Below the pieces are notes generated by a model. The model searched no databases and had not been told where the DNA came from. It saw only the letters and a list, made by a program, of their open reading frames with translations. The translations under genes and the position numbers were made by a program. Positions 1 through 11,500 of a stretch of DNA of 20,000 nt are shown one piece after another. Positions within the stretch are counted from its first letter, which is position 1. Each line of letters begins with the position of its first letter. Source of the DNA: Protoeuglena noctilucae (Eukaryota). The DNA is taken from contig OY253680.1 of the NCBI GenBank assembly GCA_958009085.1, forward strand, positions 976,576 to 996,575, given 5' to 3'.

Positions 1-3000
1 GCTCGTTGCTCCGCACCAGCGACACGATCACCACCTCGGCCTCCTCGCCCTGAAAGTTGTCCACGGTCGCCACGCGCACCGACTGACTGCAGAAGCGGCA
101 ACATGCCCTCGTCTCGCACGCAGCCTAGTCTTCAGGCGCTGTCATCAGATCGACTATTGCTCGCCTCACAACGCCTAACCTCGCACTCCCCCACCCGTGC
201 CCTCATCTTAACTGCACTGCGTCACACTCCCCCACCCATCTCCTCACCCCAGCTGTGTCCTGGCCACTGTCGCGCTGACTCCCGCCTCTGTCTCCGCCGC
301 GTCCTGCTCCTCCGCCCTCGCCACCTCCTCCATGTCTGCACGCAAGCCACCGAGTGCAGATTGCGATGTGCGTCAGCCAACTGCACTCCCCGCGGCAGCC
401 TCGGCAGACCCCCGCCAAGCCCCGCCCACCTCGGTCGTTGACGGTGACGACGAACTTGCCCTGCAGCCTGTTGCGGATGGCCAGCAGCTGCCCCACGTAC
501 GGCGTCAGGATGGCGATCTCCCCCCTGCTCCCCCTCCCCTGCCCCACGTAGCCGTGCATGGTGAGGTACTCGGCCAGCGCCACCACCAGGTCCGCCTCAA
601 AGGCGTTGGTCTTGGACTTGGAGTCGTCGTGGGACCCCTGGCCGCTCTCGGGCTCACTGTGCGTCATCCACAGCAGCGGCGCCGCCATGCCCGCCACCGC
701 CGGGTACTCCCTCACGCGCGGGGCGTCTTGCAGCAAGGGGTAGATGGGCCGGCGGATGAGGTCGGCGATTTCCGGCCGCATGCGCCACTGCTGCCGCAGC
801 GTGACCATGGACAGCTGCGGCATGGCGCCCGCCTCCACCCCCAGCGCCAGCCTCTCGAACAGCGACAGGTCCAGGTTGTACCCCCTCCCCGACTCCACCT
901 TGAGCTCGTAGCCCTCGACCTTGGGCCGCAGCTGCTCGTGGTCTCCGATTAGCACCAGCTGCTCCACCTGCCCGTGCATTGACGTGAGCACGTGACTTTC
1001 CAGCACCTCCCCCGCCTCCTCCACCACCACCACGCGGGGCGTCACCGCCGCCAGCAGGCCCTTGTGCGCCGCGCAGAAGGTCGTCGTCATGCCGATCACC
1101 GACACCCCCTGCAGCACCCGCTCGTTCTTCTGCTCGTGGATGGCATCCACCTTCGACTTGGCCTCGTGGAACTCACGGATGGTCTGGGGGCGGGGAGGGC
1201 CGTGAATGGACTGAAATGCCGGCTTGGATCAGCCCCTTGCTGTCGCTTACCACCTGGCTCGCCCACCACGCGCTAGCCCACTCCCCATCCCTCACCCTAC
1301 CCCGCCCGCTGTCCCTCTTGCTGCCCTGCTCACCCTGCCACCCTTGCTACCCTGCCCCCGCCCCACTCGCCTCCGACAGCTCTTCTCGTCCGCGCCGCCG
1401 CGCCTCCTCCACCAGGTGGGCGTGCACCAGCCGTCGCTCGTCCCGGCTCATCACGAAGGCGTCCGGCAGGGCCAGCAGCACGTCCAGGGGCCTCGGAGAC
1501 GCCCCCGTGGGAATGGCCGCGCGCTCTTGGTGGTATGCCGCCTCGTATTCGAGAGCAGCGCTGATCCAGTCCGGCTCCCACCCCATCCGCTCCATGCGCT
1601 CCGCCCACGTCGCCGGCCTCTCCTTGCCCTTCTTCTTCTTCCCCTTCTTGCCGACCACCTCCACGTCCGCGTCCTCAGCCAGGTCGAGCAGGTCGAACCG
1701 GTTCCTGGCCACGTGCGCCCCAGGCCTCCTCTCAGCTTCCCTGTGATTGTGGGCACGGGTTGATCGCGACGAGCACCGAGCGCTGCAGGTCATCACCCTG
1801 CGGCGTGTGCATGCCCTTCCTGCCCTTACCTGACCCTCTTCCCCTATCAGTAACATGTCCCAGTACCATCCCCTCACCTCTCCTGCACCTCCACAAATCT
1901 GACGACCTCCTCCCATGCCACCGATGCCGGGCTCGCCCCCTCCAGCCACATCCTGATCGTGAAGAGCGGCAGCGGGAACCCGTCCTGGTCGACCCCAGAT
2001 CCCAAGGCGCTGTCCAGCGACTGGTGGATGCCCAATGCGCCCAGGGAAAGCGCGGCCGCCACGACATCCACCTGCAAACGCAGTGAGACGCAGGGCGATG
2101 GGCGAGAGGGAAGGAGGGACAGGGAGGGACGCAAGACAGGAATGAAAGAGGCTCCATACACCCTGCACAGGCAGCCATGCACACATGTCCCAGTGCACCC
2201 TGCACAGGTAGCCATGCACTCTACGCATGCCCCCTGCAAGCGGATGCCGCCTCACGTCGTCGGGCTCTCCCCGCAGCGCCTTGACAGACGCCCCGAGTTT
2301 CTTGGTGGCATTTTCGAGGGACTTTCTGGCAGAGGCGAGGGAGAACCCACGCATGTCGACGTCGCGGGTCTTGATGGACAGTTGCAAGAGCGTGAAGGTC
2401 TCCAGGCGGGGGCTCTTGGGGCGGCCCAGACGCACTGCAGGGGATGGGGGAGCGAGGGGTCCTGGGCCAGTGCAAGAGTGCAACCTTTGTCAGCGCCGCA
2501 GCTGGCGGGCAGCAGACCGGCATGGCACGGTTGTCACGGCAGCCGCGTGCGCTGCAGGCGCGTCTCACCGATGCTGGTGACGCCCGCGTCCAGCAGCGCT
2601 TCCAGGAACTGGTCCAGGGCGTGGTTGGTGAAGCACAGGCACATGATGGGGCCCTTGACGGCGTTGGACTTGACGAGGGCCAGCACGGCCTTGACGCCGA
2701 TGAAGGTCTTGCCGCAGCCTGGTGGGCCCTGGATGAGGCTCAGCCGGTCGCACATCATGCTCCGCAGTGCCTGCCCCTGGCTCTCGTCCAAACCCAAAAC
2801 ACGCGCGGCCGCCTCGGTGGGGAAGGCCCTCGCATCCGCGCAGCTGATGGCTGAGAGGGTGGTGCGGTCCCCCTCTGCCAGCACCGCGTCTTTGGGAAGG
2901 AGCTTGGTCAGGTCCACCTTGCGGTCAAGGCCCCCCAGCCGGTTCGGCTGCGACGCGGTGCCCCCGCGTGCCACGACGGTGACGGTGACGTGCCCCCCCT

Positions 3001-5630
3001 CCCATCCTATGCGGCCGGGGAGGTCGGCGATGCATGTCTCCGAGAACCACGCGGGGAAGGCGGGGAGCTTCTGCAGGGCCTCGAGCACCGGCCGGTAGGC
3101 GAAGAAGCTCCCATCCGACCTCAGCAGCACCATCTGCCCCTGCACCTGCATCACGTGCGGGTCACGCATGGCCAGGCCGACCAGGGCCGTGTCAGTCATG
3201 TCGCTGGGCTGGAGCATGACGCGGATGCGGTTGTTGTCCAGCACCCGGATCTGGTTGGACCTGCCCCTCTCCGACGCCACCACCAGCATCGACACGCGGA
3301 AGAGTCCCACAAGGCGCCGGTGGTCGTTGGCGGCGATGATCTCGTCGCAGAGGGACTGGGGGGGACGAGAGATGGTAGGAGGGGTTCGACAGCGCAGGTG
3401 AGAGCTGCTGCGTAAGCGGAGGAGTTGCTCAGGGAGGGCCACAGCAGGCGCATGAGAGCACAGCCGTCATCAGCAGAGCCGCTGTCAGAGCATGGCATGG
3501 GTAGAACAAGCCCTCGCACTCGCCTGCGTGAGCGCCGTGGTTGGCCACAGCAGCGTCACCAGCGTCCCGCGCGACAGTCGCTTGGTCGTCTCGAAGTAGT
3601 GGCGGCGCATGCCCTGCGTAGCCCTGTCCAGGAACGCCGGTCCCTGCACTTCCACCGCCAGCAGCATGCCCAGGTAGGGGTCGAACTCGATGGTCTTCAC
3701 GGATGCGTTGCGGTACACGTCCAGCCGAATGTCGTCCGACCCATGGCGCGCGGCATCCCGGCCCCGGCCGTGGCTCAACGCTGCGTGGGCGAGCGCGGCG
3801 CTGTAAGGGGCGCTGCGTGACGAGGCAGATGCAACCCGGCAAGCCGTGCAGACGGTTGCCTACCTGACATGACCTCGTTCCGCGCAAACGCCTGCACGCT
3901 AGTGCACAGGGGCTGCACCAGGTCGTGACGCAGGAGTCGGAAATGAAGGTCGGCCAGTGCCTCAGGGGTGCCCTTGACCATGTGGGGACTGCCGCCACCC
4001 TTGTTGTGGGGCAGGTACGGGGTCAGGGGGCAGAGGAGCTCCTGGGGCGTCGGCACCACAGATATCTCCCGGATGTCCTCCTTGTCGTTGTCGTGCCTGG
4101 GACCACCCCCGTTGAGAGCGCCGGGTCCGCAGTCGGGGTTGTCCGAGATCCGCAGCGCTCCCATCTGAGGGACAAGAGCAACCAAGCGTTGCATTGCCGC
4201 AGCCACTTGCGCCCCGCCGTCGTCCATCGACCCCGCCCCCCGCTCACCTGCTCCAGGACCTCCAGCCGCTGCTGGATCTGCTCGTGCCGGCGCTGTGCGG
4301 CCTCCTGCTGCGCGAAGAAGGCCCGACGCCGCAGCAGCCCCGAGTTCAGCTGCACCAGCTTGGCCTTGACCGCTCGCAGCTCGGCCCTGCGCACAGCAAA
4401 GCACACACGGAGTCGGCAGGGGAGGGCAGCCAGTGCTCATCGCGCGTGGCGCGTCGCTAGGCCAGTCACGTGTTCCCGAATGCCTCGTTGGCAGCCCATG
4501 GCATGCAGTGCTCGATGATGAGGAGCGAGTCGCTGATGGCAGAGAGGGACACGGCGGGGTCGAGGCCCGAGATCCCCAGCATGCTCATCCACTTGTACAG
4601 CAGCTCCAGCACCACTAGGAAGGTGCCGAGGAGGCTCTGCGGAGACGACAAAGCGCTTGGATGGTCGGGCCAGAGCATGGACATGTATGGCGAAGAGCCG
4701 CGTCCGCAGCCATCCGCAGGGCTGAGGGCCTTTGCGGATCTGACCTTGCTTTCAGCAGCAGCACCGCGGAAGGACCCAATTGGGATGGCCCGCACCCCCG
4801 CAGCTGCGCTCTGGTGGGCCGCGTGGGTGACGAGCGCCACCACCAGACCCGGCATGGACCAAGACGTGGCCAGCTTGCGGGTGATGGGTGTCGTGAGGTG
4901 CCCGAGGGGAGAGTTGACGACCTGGTCCTTGGTCAAGGCCACCAGGAACGTCACCAGCGTCCCCACGGCATGCTCAAGCTGAGGGGCGGTGCCCACGTCG
5001 GCGGTGCTCCAAGGTAGCCGCCCGGTCCCGGTCCCCTCGTCCGCGCTCTCCATGGCCCTGCGTGCGAGGTGGCAGCTCAATGGCGTTTCCCTGAATGGCT
5101 GGCAGCCACACTGCGTCTCATGTTCCGTATCGTGCTCACCTCGTGTACTCCCCCACGAACAGCGGGCTGACGTTGATGCTCTCCGTCGCTGCGTTCCACA
5201 TATCCTCCACCAGTTGCAGCCCTCGGCCGGTTCTGTCCCCCGACTGTTGGCTGGGGCCCAGGAGGGTGAGGAGCTTGGATGCATCGGACGAGGCAAGCTC
5301 ATAGGCTGCGTCGGCGATGGTCCGGGCCTCGCGGGATCCCACCGCTCGAGGAGGACCGTTGGAGGGCGCGATATGCTTGTAGATGGCCGCAAAAGCTTTT
5401 TCCTCGGGCGGGCGATTGTCGGGCGCGCCGGGGGGTCCACGACCCCTGCCCTGGCCGCCTCGGCCGCCGCGTTGGCCAAACAACCCGTTTCCTGCAAACG
5501 AAGAGGATTGATCTCAGTCTCCGCAGGTGTGCGCCATCTGTGAAATGACGAAAACGTGCGCTGCGGTACCTGGGAACGGGGCACCTCGCCCGCGGTGCAT
5601 CGCGCTCCCGCCTCTCGCACGACCCAACAT
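1..5630 (-). CDS. ZNFX1: ZNFX1/NFX1-type zinc-finger-containing protein 1-like (Hrr1/SAD-3-like) UPF1/DNA2-NAM7 superfamily 1 RNA helicase; C-terminus runs off the window
   Basis: Inferred exons (minus): 5630-5570, 5491-5140, 5057-4745, 4636-4470, 4386-4248, 4164-3864, 3780-3524, 3355-2569, 2434-2256, 2071-1878, 1797-1371, 1183-430, 335-248, 86-<1. Phases are consistent (about 1368 codons). Motifs: GPRHDND..DIREISVVPT..ELL, HFRLLRHDL, IQGPPGCGKT (I), CFTNHALDQFL (Ia), VIGMTTT, VVVEEAGEV (II), LIGDHEQLRP (III), LDLSLFERL, QWRMRPEIA, AILTPYVGQL, TVDNFQGEE..VIVSLVRSN (V). Start gccATG at 5630 with an RGG-rich N-terminus. The zinc fingers are not in the window, so the symbol is a family-level call. 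Confidence 0.85.
1184..1370 (-). other. GC-AG intron in helicase gene (187 nt)
   Basis: GAG|GCGAGT...GCCCCCAG|ACC joins ...REELSE to TIREFHEAK in phase 0. The neighbouring GT (GCGA|GTGGGG) is phase 1, and the unspliced frame stops at 1347. Confidence 0.75.
2159..2219. repeat. Intronic direct repeat, 2 x 24 nt, period 37
   Basis: CACCCTGCACAGGCAGCCATGCAC (2159-2182) and CACCCTGCACAGGTAGCCATGCAC (2196-2219), one mismatch, inside the 184-nt intron 2072-2255. Confidence 0.85.
3356..3523 (-). other. GC-AG intron in helicase gene (168 nt)
   Basis: CAG|GCGAGT...GTCCCCCCCAG|TCC joins ...WPTTALTQ to SLCDEII in phase 0. The unspliced frame stops at 3485. Confidence 0.7.
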
Positions 5631-6090
5631 GGCGAGGTAATGGGACGTACACCTGCCAAATCAATCAGGGGAAGCTTTGTATAGCCCAAAGGCGACCGCG
5701 AAGACGCGCCCGACCGTTGAAGCACAGTGCGGCCCAGGGGCGGGCGATGCAGCCCGATAGCTGCACGATGCAGTCCCTCGCAAGCCAACGGAGTGCAAGT
5801 AGAAACAATGATGCTTTACAGGATGAGACATCGCCCCGAGAAGCGCTCAGTGATGAGGACGGGGCTCGCACCCGCGAGGAGTCAGCAACCCTAGACTGAC
5901 AGGCCAACGCGGACGAGCATCAGGGCCCTCGGAGTCCGAGAATGCGAAGCTTGGCCACAACGAGTTGCTGCTGTCGCAAGACCCGCGCAGCAGCTGCCGC
6001 TGTCCTTTGCTGCGCGCACCCGTGACAACTAGCCGGCAAAGAGACGTCGAAGGAAGCGTTTTGCCCTGAGAACTTGCAGCTCATCGAGGC
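5631..6090. promoter_or_regulatory. Putative bidirectional promoter and 5' UTRs between helicase and kinase
   Basis: 460 nt between divergent inferred start codons (5630 minus, 6091 plus), less GC-rich than the exons. Positional inference only. Confidence 0.5.
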
Positions 6091-8365
6091 ATGGATGGGC
6101 AGGGTCCTCAGAATGGGCGGGAAGAGCTCCGGTCGGCCTTTCAGCCAGGTGAGCGGCGCGTGGGGGCGCATTTCAGCCCGAGGGAAGCCCGGACGCATTA
6201 CACGGGTCCCTACTGCGACGCATGACGATGCTGCAAACGTCGCCGTCCTCCCTCGCAGCGGAAGAACGGCCTCGGACCCTCCATGACATTCCCCGCGTGA
6301 CCGCGGGGCCCTCCTGCAGCGCGCTGGCCAGGTGCGAGGGATCGCGGAAGATATTTCCCACCTTCAGTGATGTATCTATCTCCCACGAAGCCTCACCCGG
6401 CTTTACGACCTCGCGCAGCGCCTCTGATCCCCCCGCAGGGCCAAGGTCGGACTCCAGGGGGTCTACCGCCGCATCGCGAGCCGGGATGTGGCGGGAGAAC
6501 CCAAGTTCCTGCTGGACGGGACGTGAGTCGCGATCACAACCTGCCGCTGCGGCTCCCGGCCCGCCTGACGCCGCGTGAGTGCCCGTCTGCGTGTCCCTCG
6601 CAGGCTGGCCTTCTCCGCCGCGACTCCTCTGCTCGGCGGGCGGTACCGCTTCGTTGCGGAGATCGGGTCCGGCGTGAGCAGCCAGGTGGTGCTGGCCGAG
6701 GACACGTACATGGTGCGCGACCACCCGACCCACGTGGCAGTCAAGGCGAGGCATCCACCCAGGCAGCGGTTGCAATGGCACCCTTGCACCTCTCATAGCG
6801 CAATTCGCAGGCTTCTTGATCCCCCGCAGGTGCTGCGCCGCAACCACAACTGCGCGGCGGCGGGCCTGCACGAGGCGCGCGTGCTGCGCCTGCTGGCGTC
6901 TGGCGCGCCCCCTCATCCCAAGACCCTCCCCCGCCTGCGCGCATGCTTCTGCGCGTGGGGACACGTGTGCCTGGTCCTCGACCGCCACTACGCCCCGCTC
7001 CTCGACCTGCTCCCGGAGAGCTGCAGCCTGGACCCTGCACGCCGCATCTGCCACATCCGCAGAGTGGCGCGGCAACTCGTGGGGGCCCTCGCGCGCCTCC
7101 ACCGCCGCGGCCTCGCGCACGCGGACGTCAAGCCCGGCAACGTGCTCCTCCGCGAGCCCCTCCCCCGCGCCCTGGCATCCGACCACGTCCCCGTCTGCCT
7201 GGTGGACATGGGGGCCGCCGTGGCGCAGGGAGCGGACCCCGCGGCCATGCTGGGGTCGGACGCGCAGACGCTCTACTACCGCGCGCCCGAGGTGGCGGCG
7301 GGCAAAGGCGTGGGGCCCTCCGCCGACCTGTGGAGCCTCGGGTGCGTGCTGGCGGAGATGGCGCTGCTGCGGCCGCTCTTCCCGGCATCGACCCCCGCTG
7401 ACCTCCCGCGGCTGTGGCGGCGGGCGCTCGTCCCCGGCACCGACGGCGGCGACGCGGGTGACACCCCCCTCTCCTTCGCCACGCGCGTTGGTGCGGCTGA
7501 GGAAGGCCCTGCGCCCCCGGGGTCCCCCGCGCGTGCGGCGTGGTCCCTGGAGCCGCCGCTGGTGGTGGAGCTGGGTCGCCTCGACCGCTCCCTCGCCGCG
7601 CTCGTGAGGGGGCTGCTGGAGTCTGACCCCAAGCACCGGCTCACGGCAGAGCAGGCGCTGCGGCACCCATTCCTGGCGGAGGAGGGGGACGGAGAGGGGG
7701 GCGGGGGGGGCGAGGACGCGCGGGCGGGGAGGGCATCGAGCGCCGCGTCGCTTCGGGAGGCGGGGCGGAGGGCAGTGGCGGAGGCGGCGGAGAGGGCGGG
7801 GCCGGCAGCGGCGGTGGCAGAGAGCTCTTCTAGGGGACCTGCTGGCACCGTGCGACGTGGGACATCGTTCCACGATCATCTGGCGCGGATGCGGGCGGAG
7901 AAGCGGGAGCAGGAGTACCTGGGGCGCATCCAGGCGCGGGCGAGGGAGAGGGCAGGGGCAGGGACAGGGGCAGGCGGCACCCCTGGCCCAGTGCGGCCGC
8001 GGGTGTCCCACGGGGCGGCAGACGAGGCGGGTGCTGGTGCGGGTGCGGCAGGGGCCGTGGGCGCTGCTGCCTCGAGTGCCTCTGCGGGCGCTGCGGCACC
8101 GGGGGCATCGGAGGAGGCGGCGACGACGCGAACGGTGGGGTCGGGGGGGCGTGGGGGGGTGCGGGAGCAGCAGGGGGGCACGCCGGGTGGGAAGGGCGCG
8201 CGGTCGCGTAAGCGGGAGTGGGGCGAGAAGGAGGGGAGTGGGGATGAGGAGGAGAGGGATGGGGCGGAGCGTCGGGGGCGCAAGGGTGGAAGGGACAGCG
8301 GGAGGGAGAAGCGGTCGAGGCAGAAACCCCAGGCGTGGTGGATGGCGGGAACTGGCGAGGGGTAG
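6091..8365 (+). CDS. Ser/Thr (CMGC group, DYRK/HIPK/PRP4-like) protein kinase, about 630 aa, with low-complexity Ala/Gly/Arg/Glu-rich C-terminal tail
   Basis: Inferred exons 6091-6148, 6259-6331, 6439-6522, 6604-6745, 6830-8365 (1893 nt = 631 codons). Motifs: RY...EIGSGVSSQV, VAVK, HVCLVLD, HADVKPGNVLL, LVDMGAA, QTLYYRAPEV, ADLWSLGCVLAEM, DPKHRLTAEQALRHPFL. The first three exons are less certain than the kinase domain. Confidence 0.88.
6746..6829 (+). other. GC-AG intron in kinase (84 nt, in-frame, stop-free)
   Basis: AAG|GCGAGG...CTTGATCCCCCGCAG|GTG. Removal restores VAVK-VLR..E spacing between beta3 and alphaC. Confidence 0.8.
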
Positions 8366-8580
8366 GGGGCGGAGCGGTTGTGAATGCCCGGTGCTAACAC
8401 TCGCGATCTTATGGGGTGTGCATAAGTTGAAGGCTGCTCATACGTCTACGCTTCAATCGCTCGTCGCCATCGGTGTCGACTTCATTGAAAACTTGCACAT
8501 CTCTGCTTTCATCACTCGCCCTCAACTGTGTCACTCGCTCATTGCAGCCGCTCGTCACGCATCGCTAGGCATCGTCACAT

Positions 8581-11500
8581 TCACTTCCCCTCACCCCCCC
8601 CACTCGCACCCCCTCCGGCCTCCGTTGCCCGCCTCCCCCGCACGCACTCGTATAGCGCGACGGCCCCCGACACGTGCACGTTGAGCGACCGCACCAGCCC
8701 CACCTGTGGGATCTCCACGCACGCATCCAGCGTGTCCAGCACGGGGGGCGGGATGCCGTGCCGCTCGTGGCCCAGCACCAGCGCCGTGCGGGGGGGGAAG
8801 GCGAACCCCGGGAGTGGCCGCGACCGTGCCGTCTGCTCCAGGCCTATGAGGGCGTACCCGGCCGCGCGCATCCGCAGCAGCCATGGGACCAGGTCCGACG
8901 GGGGCACTGCCTCGATGGCCACGTGGTGATGAGCCGTGACGGAGATGTCAGAGAAGCTGGGGTCGCGCAGACCAGACAGGGACGGGAGCACCAGCCGTGA
9001 CGCGCCCAGCACCTCGCACGTGCGCGACAGCCCCGCCTGGTTGGGCACCTTGTCGACCAGGGAAGCGACCACCACCATGCCCCACGCACCGCGGCGAGGG
9101 CGGGGCGGGGCACGCGGGCCCTCCACTCCATCCGCAGCCTCCCCCAATGCCGCGTCCGCCTCTCCCAGCGTCTCTGGCACTGCACCCTCGATCGCGTCCC
9201 GCCATGGGCGTCACCTTGCGCTGCGTGCCCGCCTGTCCCCCACCCTCCGCCACCCCCTCTGCCACCGCCGCCCCCCTCAGCACCGCCAGCGCCGCCCGCC
9301 TCTCTGCCCCCACGAACGCCAGCACGGCGCTGAGCAGCGACGCCGGGCACCCCTCAAAGGGCGGCTCTCCCTTTTTGCCAGAGTGACCGGGTGCGGAGGC
9401 CGTGAGGTTGAACACCTCCTGCACCCCCACCCAAGCGCGGGGGTCCGGGGACGACAGGTGCGGCGCCACGGCTGCCACCATGCGCTGCGTCTCTTCGTTG
9501 GCGGCGCAGAAGGCCTGCAGCGCAGACAGGCACGCCACGCCCACGCCCTCCGCCCCCTGCGCGCCCACCGCCCCTCCCCCGTTGGCCTTCCCGGCTGTGC
9601 CCGGCTCTCCCACGGCCCAGGCGGGGTGCCCCGGGGGGTATGCCCCCAGCACCTGGAACATGGCGATGAGGGCCATGGACCGCAGGCCGTGGATGTGGCT
9701 GGTGGCCCAGGGGAGGAGGCGGGGGACGAGGGCGCGGAGGAGGGGGCCGGCAGCGGCGGGGGAGGGGGGGCGCAGGAGCATGCGTGCCGCCACTGCCACC
9801 AGTGACACGGCTGCCTCGTGCTGGGAGGAGAAGTCCCCCAGCCGCGGTGCGAGGAAGGTGACGGGGAGTGTCGCGTCTGATGCCACCAGTCGCGTGAGGA
9901 ATGCCTCGGCCAGGCGCCGCACCCCCGGTGCCTCGTTGCGTCTGAGGGCCGCCTCGGCCGTCGCGAGTGCCGATGGGGGGGACGACCGCGACATGAGATC
10001 CGAGGCGTCGCAGGGGATAGCTGAGGGAGGGGATGGGGGGTTGTGGAGTGAGACATGCTAATGGGAGTTGGGGCAGACGTGTCGCATGCATTGCTGAGCC
10101 ATGCGTGTCGTCCCTCGCCTGTCCCTTCCATAGCAGCCGTCGCCTTGGCCAGGTCCGCGTCCCCCATCTGCGCCGCGGCTGCCAGTGCACGCGGATCGGC
10201 CACCGCGTTGCTCAGCACCCCCAGTGCCTGCCACAGCCGCACCTTGCCGCGGTGCGTGGGCGAACGGTCCATGTAACTGCGGAGAGAGAGGGGCAGCGAT
10301 GGATGCCCCATGCATCGCCAGAGCTGGTCCACCCCACAGCTTGCCGACCAATCAGTCCCCACTGCACGTCCCCCCACCACACCCCTCTCACCTCCCCGAT
10401 GCCAGAACGGGGTCCTCCACTGCGTCCCACAGAAGCGACCCCGCCACCACCCGCGCCACCAGCGCCGCATCCCCCGCACCCGCGCCCCCCCCCACCGCCC
10501 CCGCGCACAGCCCCTCCAGCATCCCCAGCGCCGCCAGCCTCGGCGCATGCTCCGTCGCCCCCCACCGCCCCAGCCCCTGCCCCTCCGCCCCATGGTCATC
10601 CGCATCGCCCCCCTCCGCACCCGTGTGTGCCTCGCGGCGCCCCCACCCTTCCAGCGACAGCAGCATCGCGCGCAGAGTGTCCAGGTGGGGCAGCGCCGAC
10701 CGCGGCCACCGACCCCACACCCGGCACAGGTGCAGCGCCGCCAGCCGCGCCACGCGGGGGGACCGCTCCCCCTCGGCCCAAACCGCAGCCACCCACGCGC
10801 GCGCCGGCCCTCCCGGCCCATGCAGCGGCGCCAGGTCAGCGCGCGCGAACAGCGCGGCTGGCAGCGTCGCCCGCAACAAAGCGCTCACCACCGCCGGCAC
10901 TCGGTTGCGCCGCATCCCCAGCAGCACCTCCCCCGCCACCCCCACCAGCCGCCCGTACCACCCCGCCGCTCCCCCCTCCCCGACCCCCAGCTCCTCCCCG
11001 CACTGCGCCCCCTGCGCCGCGTCCTGCAGCACCGCCTCGCTCAGCACCGCCACCACCTCCAGCAGCGGCAGCAGAGCAGCGCCCGCCCCCTCCGTGGCCG
11101 ACGACACCGCGCGCCCCAGCAGCCGCCCCGACTGATCCCGCGGCAGCACCCCACGCAGCCCCGCCCCGCCCTCCCCCACCAGCGCCGCCAATGCGCGCCA
11201 CGCCGCCCCGGGCACCGCCCCCCCCGCCAGCGCCCCCCTTGCCACCGCCGCCGCGCACCCTGGTGCCCCCCTCGCCACCCTCGCCGCCATCTCCCGGGCC
11301 ATGTCCCTTGCCGCCGCCAGCACCGACCCACGCCGCGCGGCTGGTGCCTCCGCCCCCGCCGGGTGCCCCGACGCCGTCCCAGGCTGGGCGGGCGCCGGTC
11401 CCAGTGCCCCCGCCACCAGCGTCGCCAGGGCATCCCAGGCGGCCGCCCGCCCAGACGCCGCCGCCCGCTCCCCGAACCACTCGGCCACGGGCATGAGCTC

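Noticed and set aside
3781..4469. Three consecutive 83-nt introns suggesting introner elements
   Set aside because: They share length but no evident sequence similarity, terminal inverted repeats or target-site duplications. 83 nt is simply the modal length.
6575..6603. Possible 29-nt intron GTGAGT...CGCAG
   Set aside because: Far below the local intron size. The donor at 6523 gives an 81-nt intron with a consistent phase.
6173..8011. 612-aa minus-strand ORF
   Set aside because: Antisense to the kinase exons, with no recognisable domain.
9172..9214. Ordinary intron starting AAG|GTGACG as the fix for the TARBP1 frame break
   Set aside because: There is no downstream C-rich YAG acceptor in the needed phase, and it would delete the conserved VTPW residues. 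Kept only as a minor alternative.
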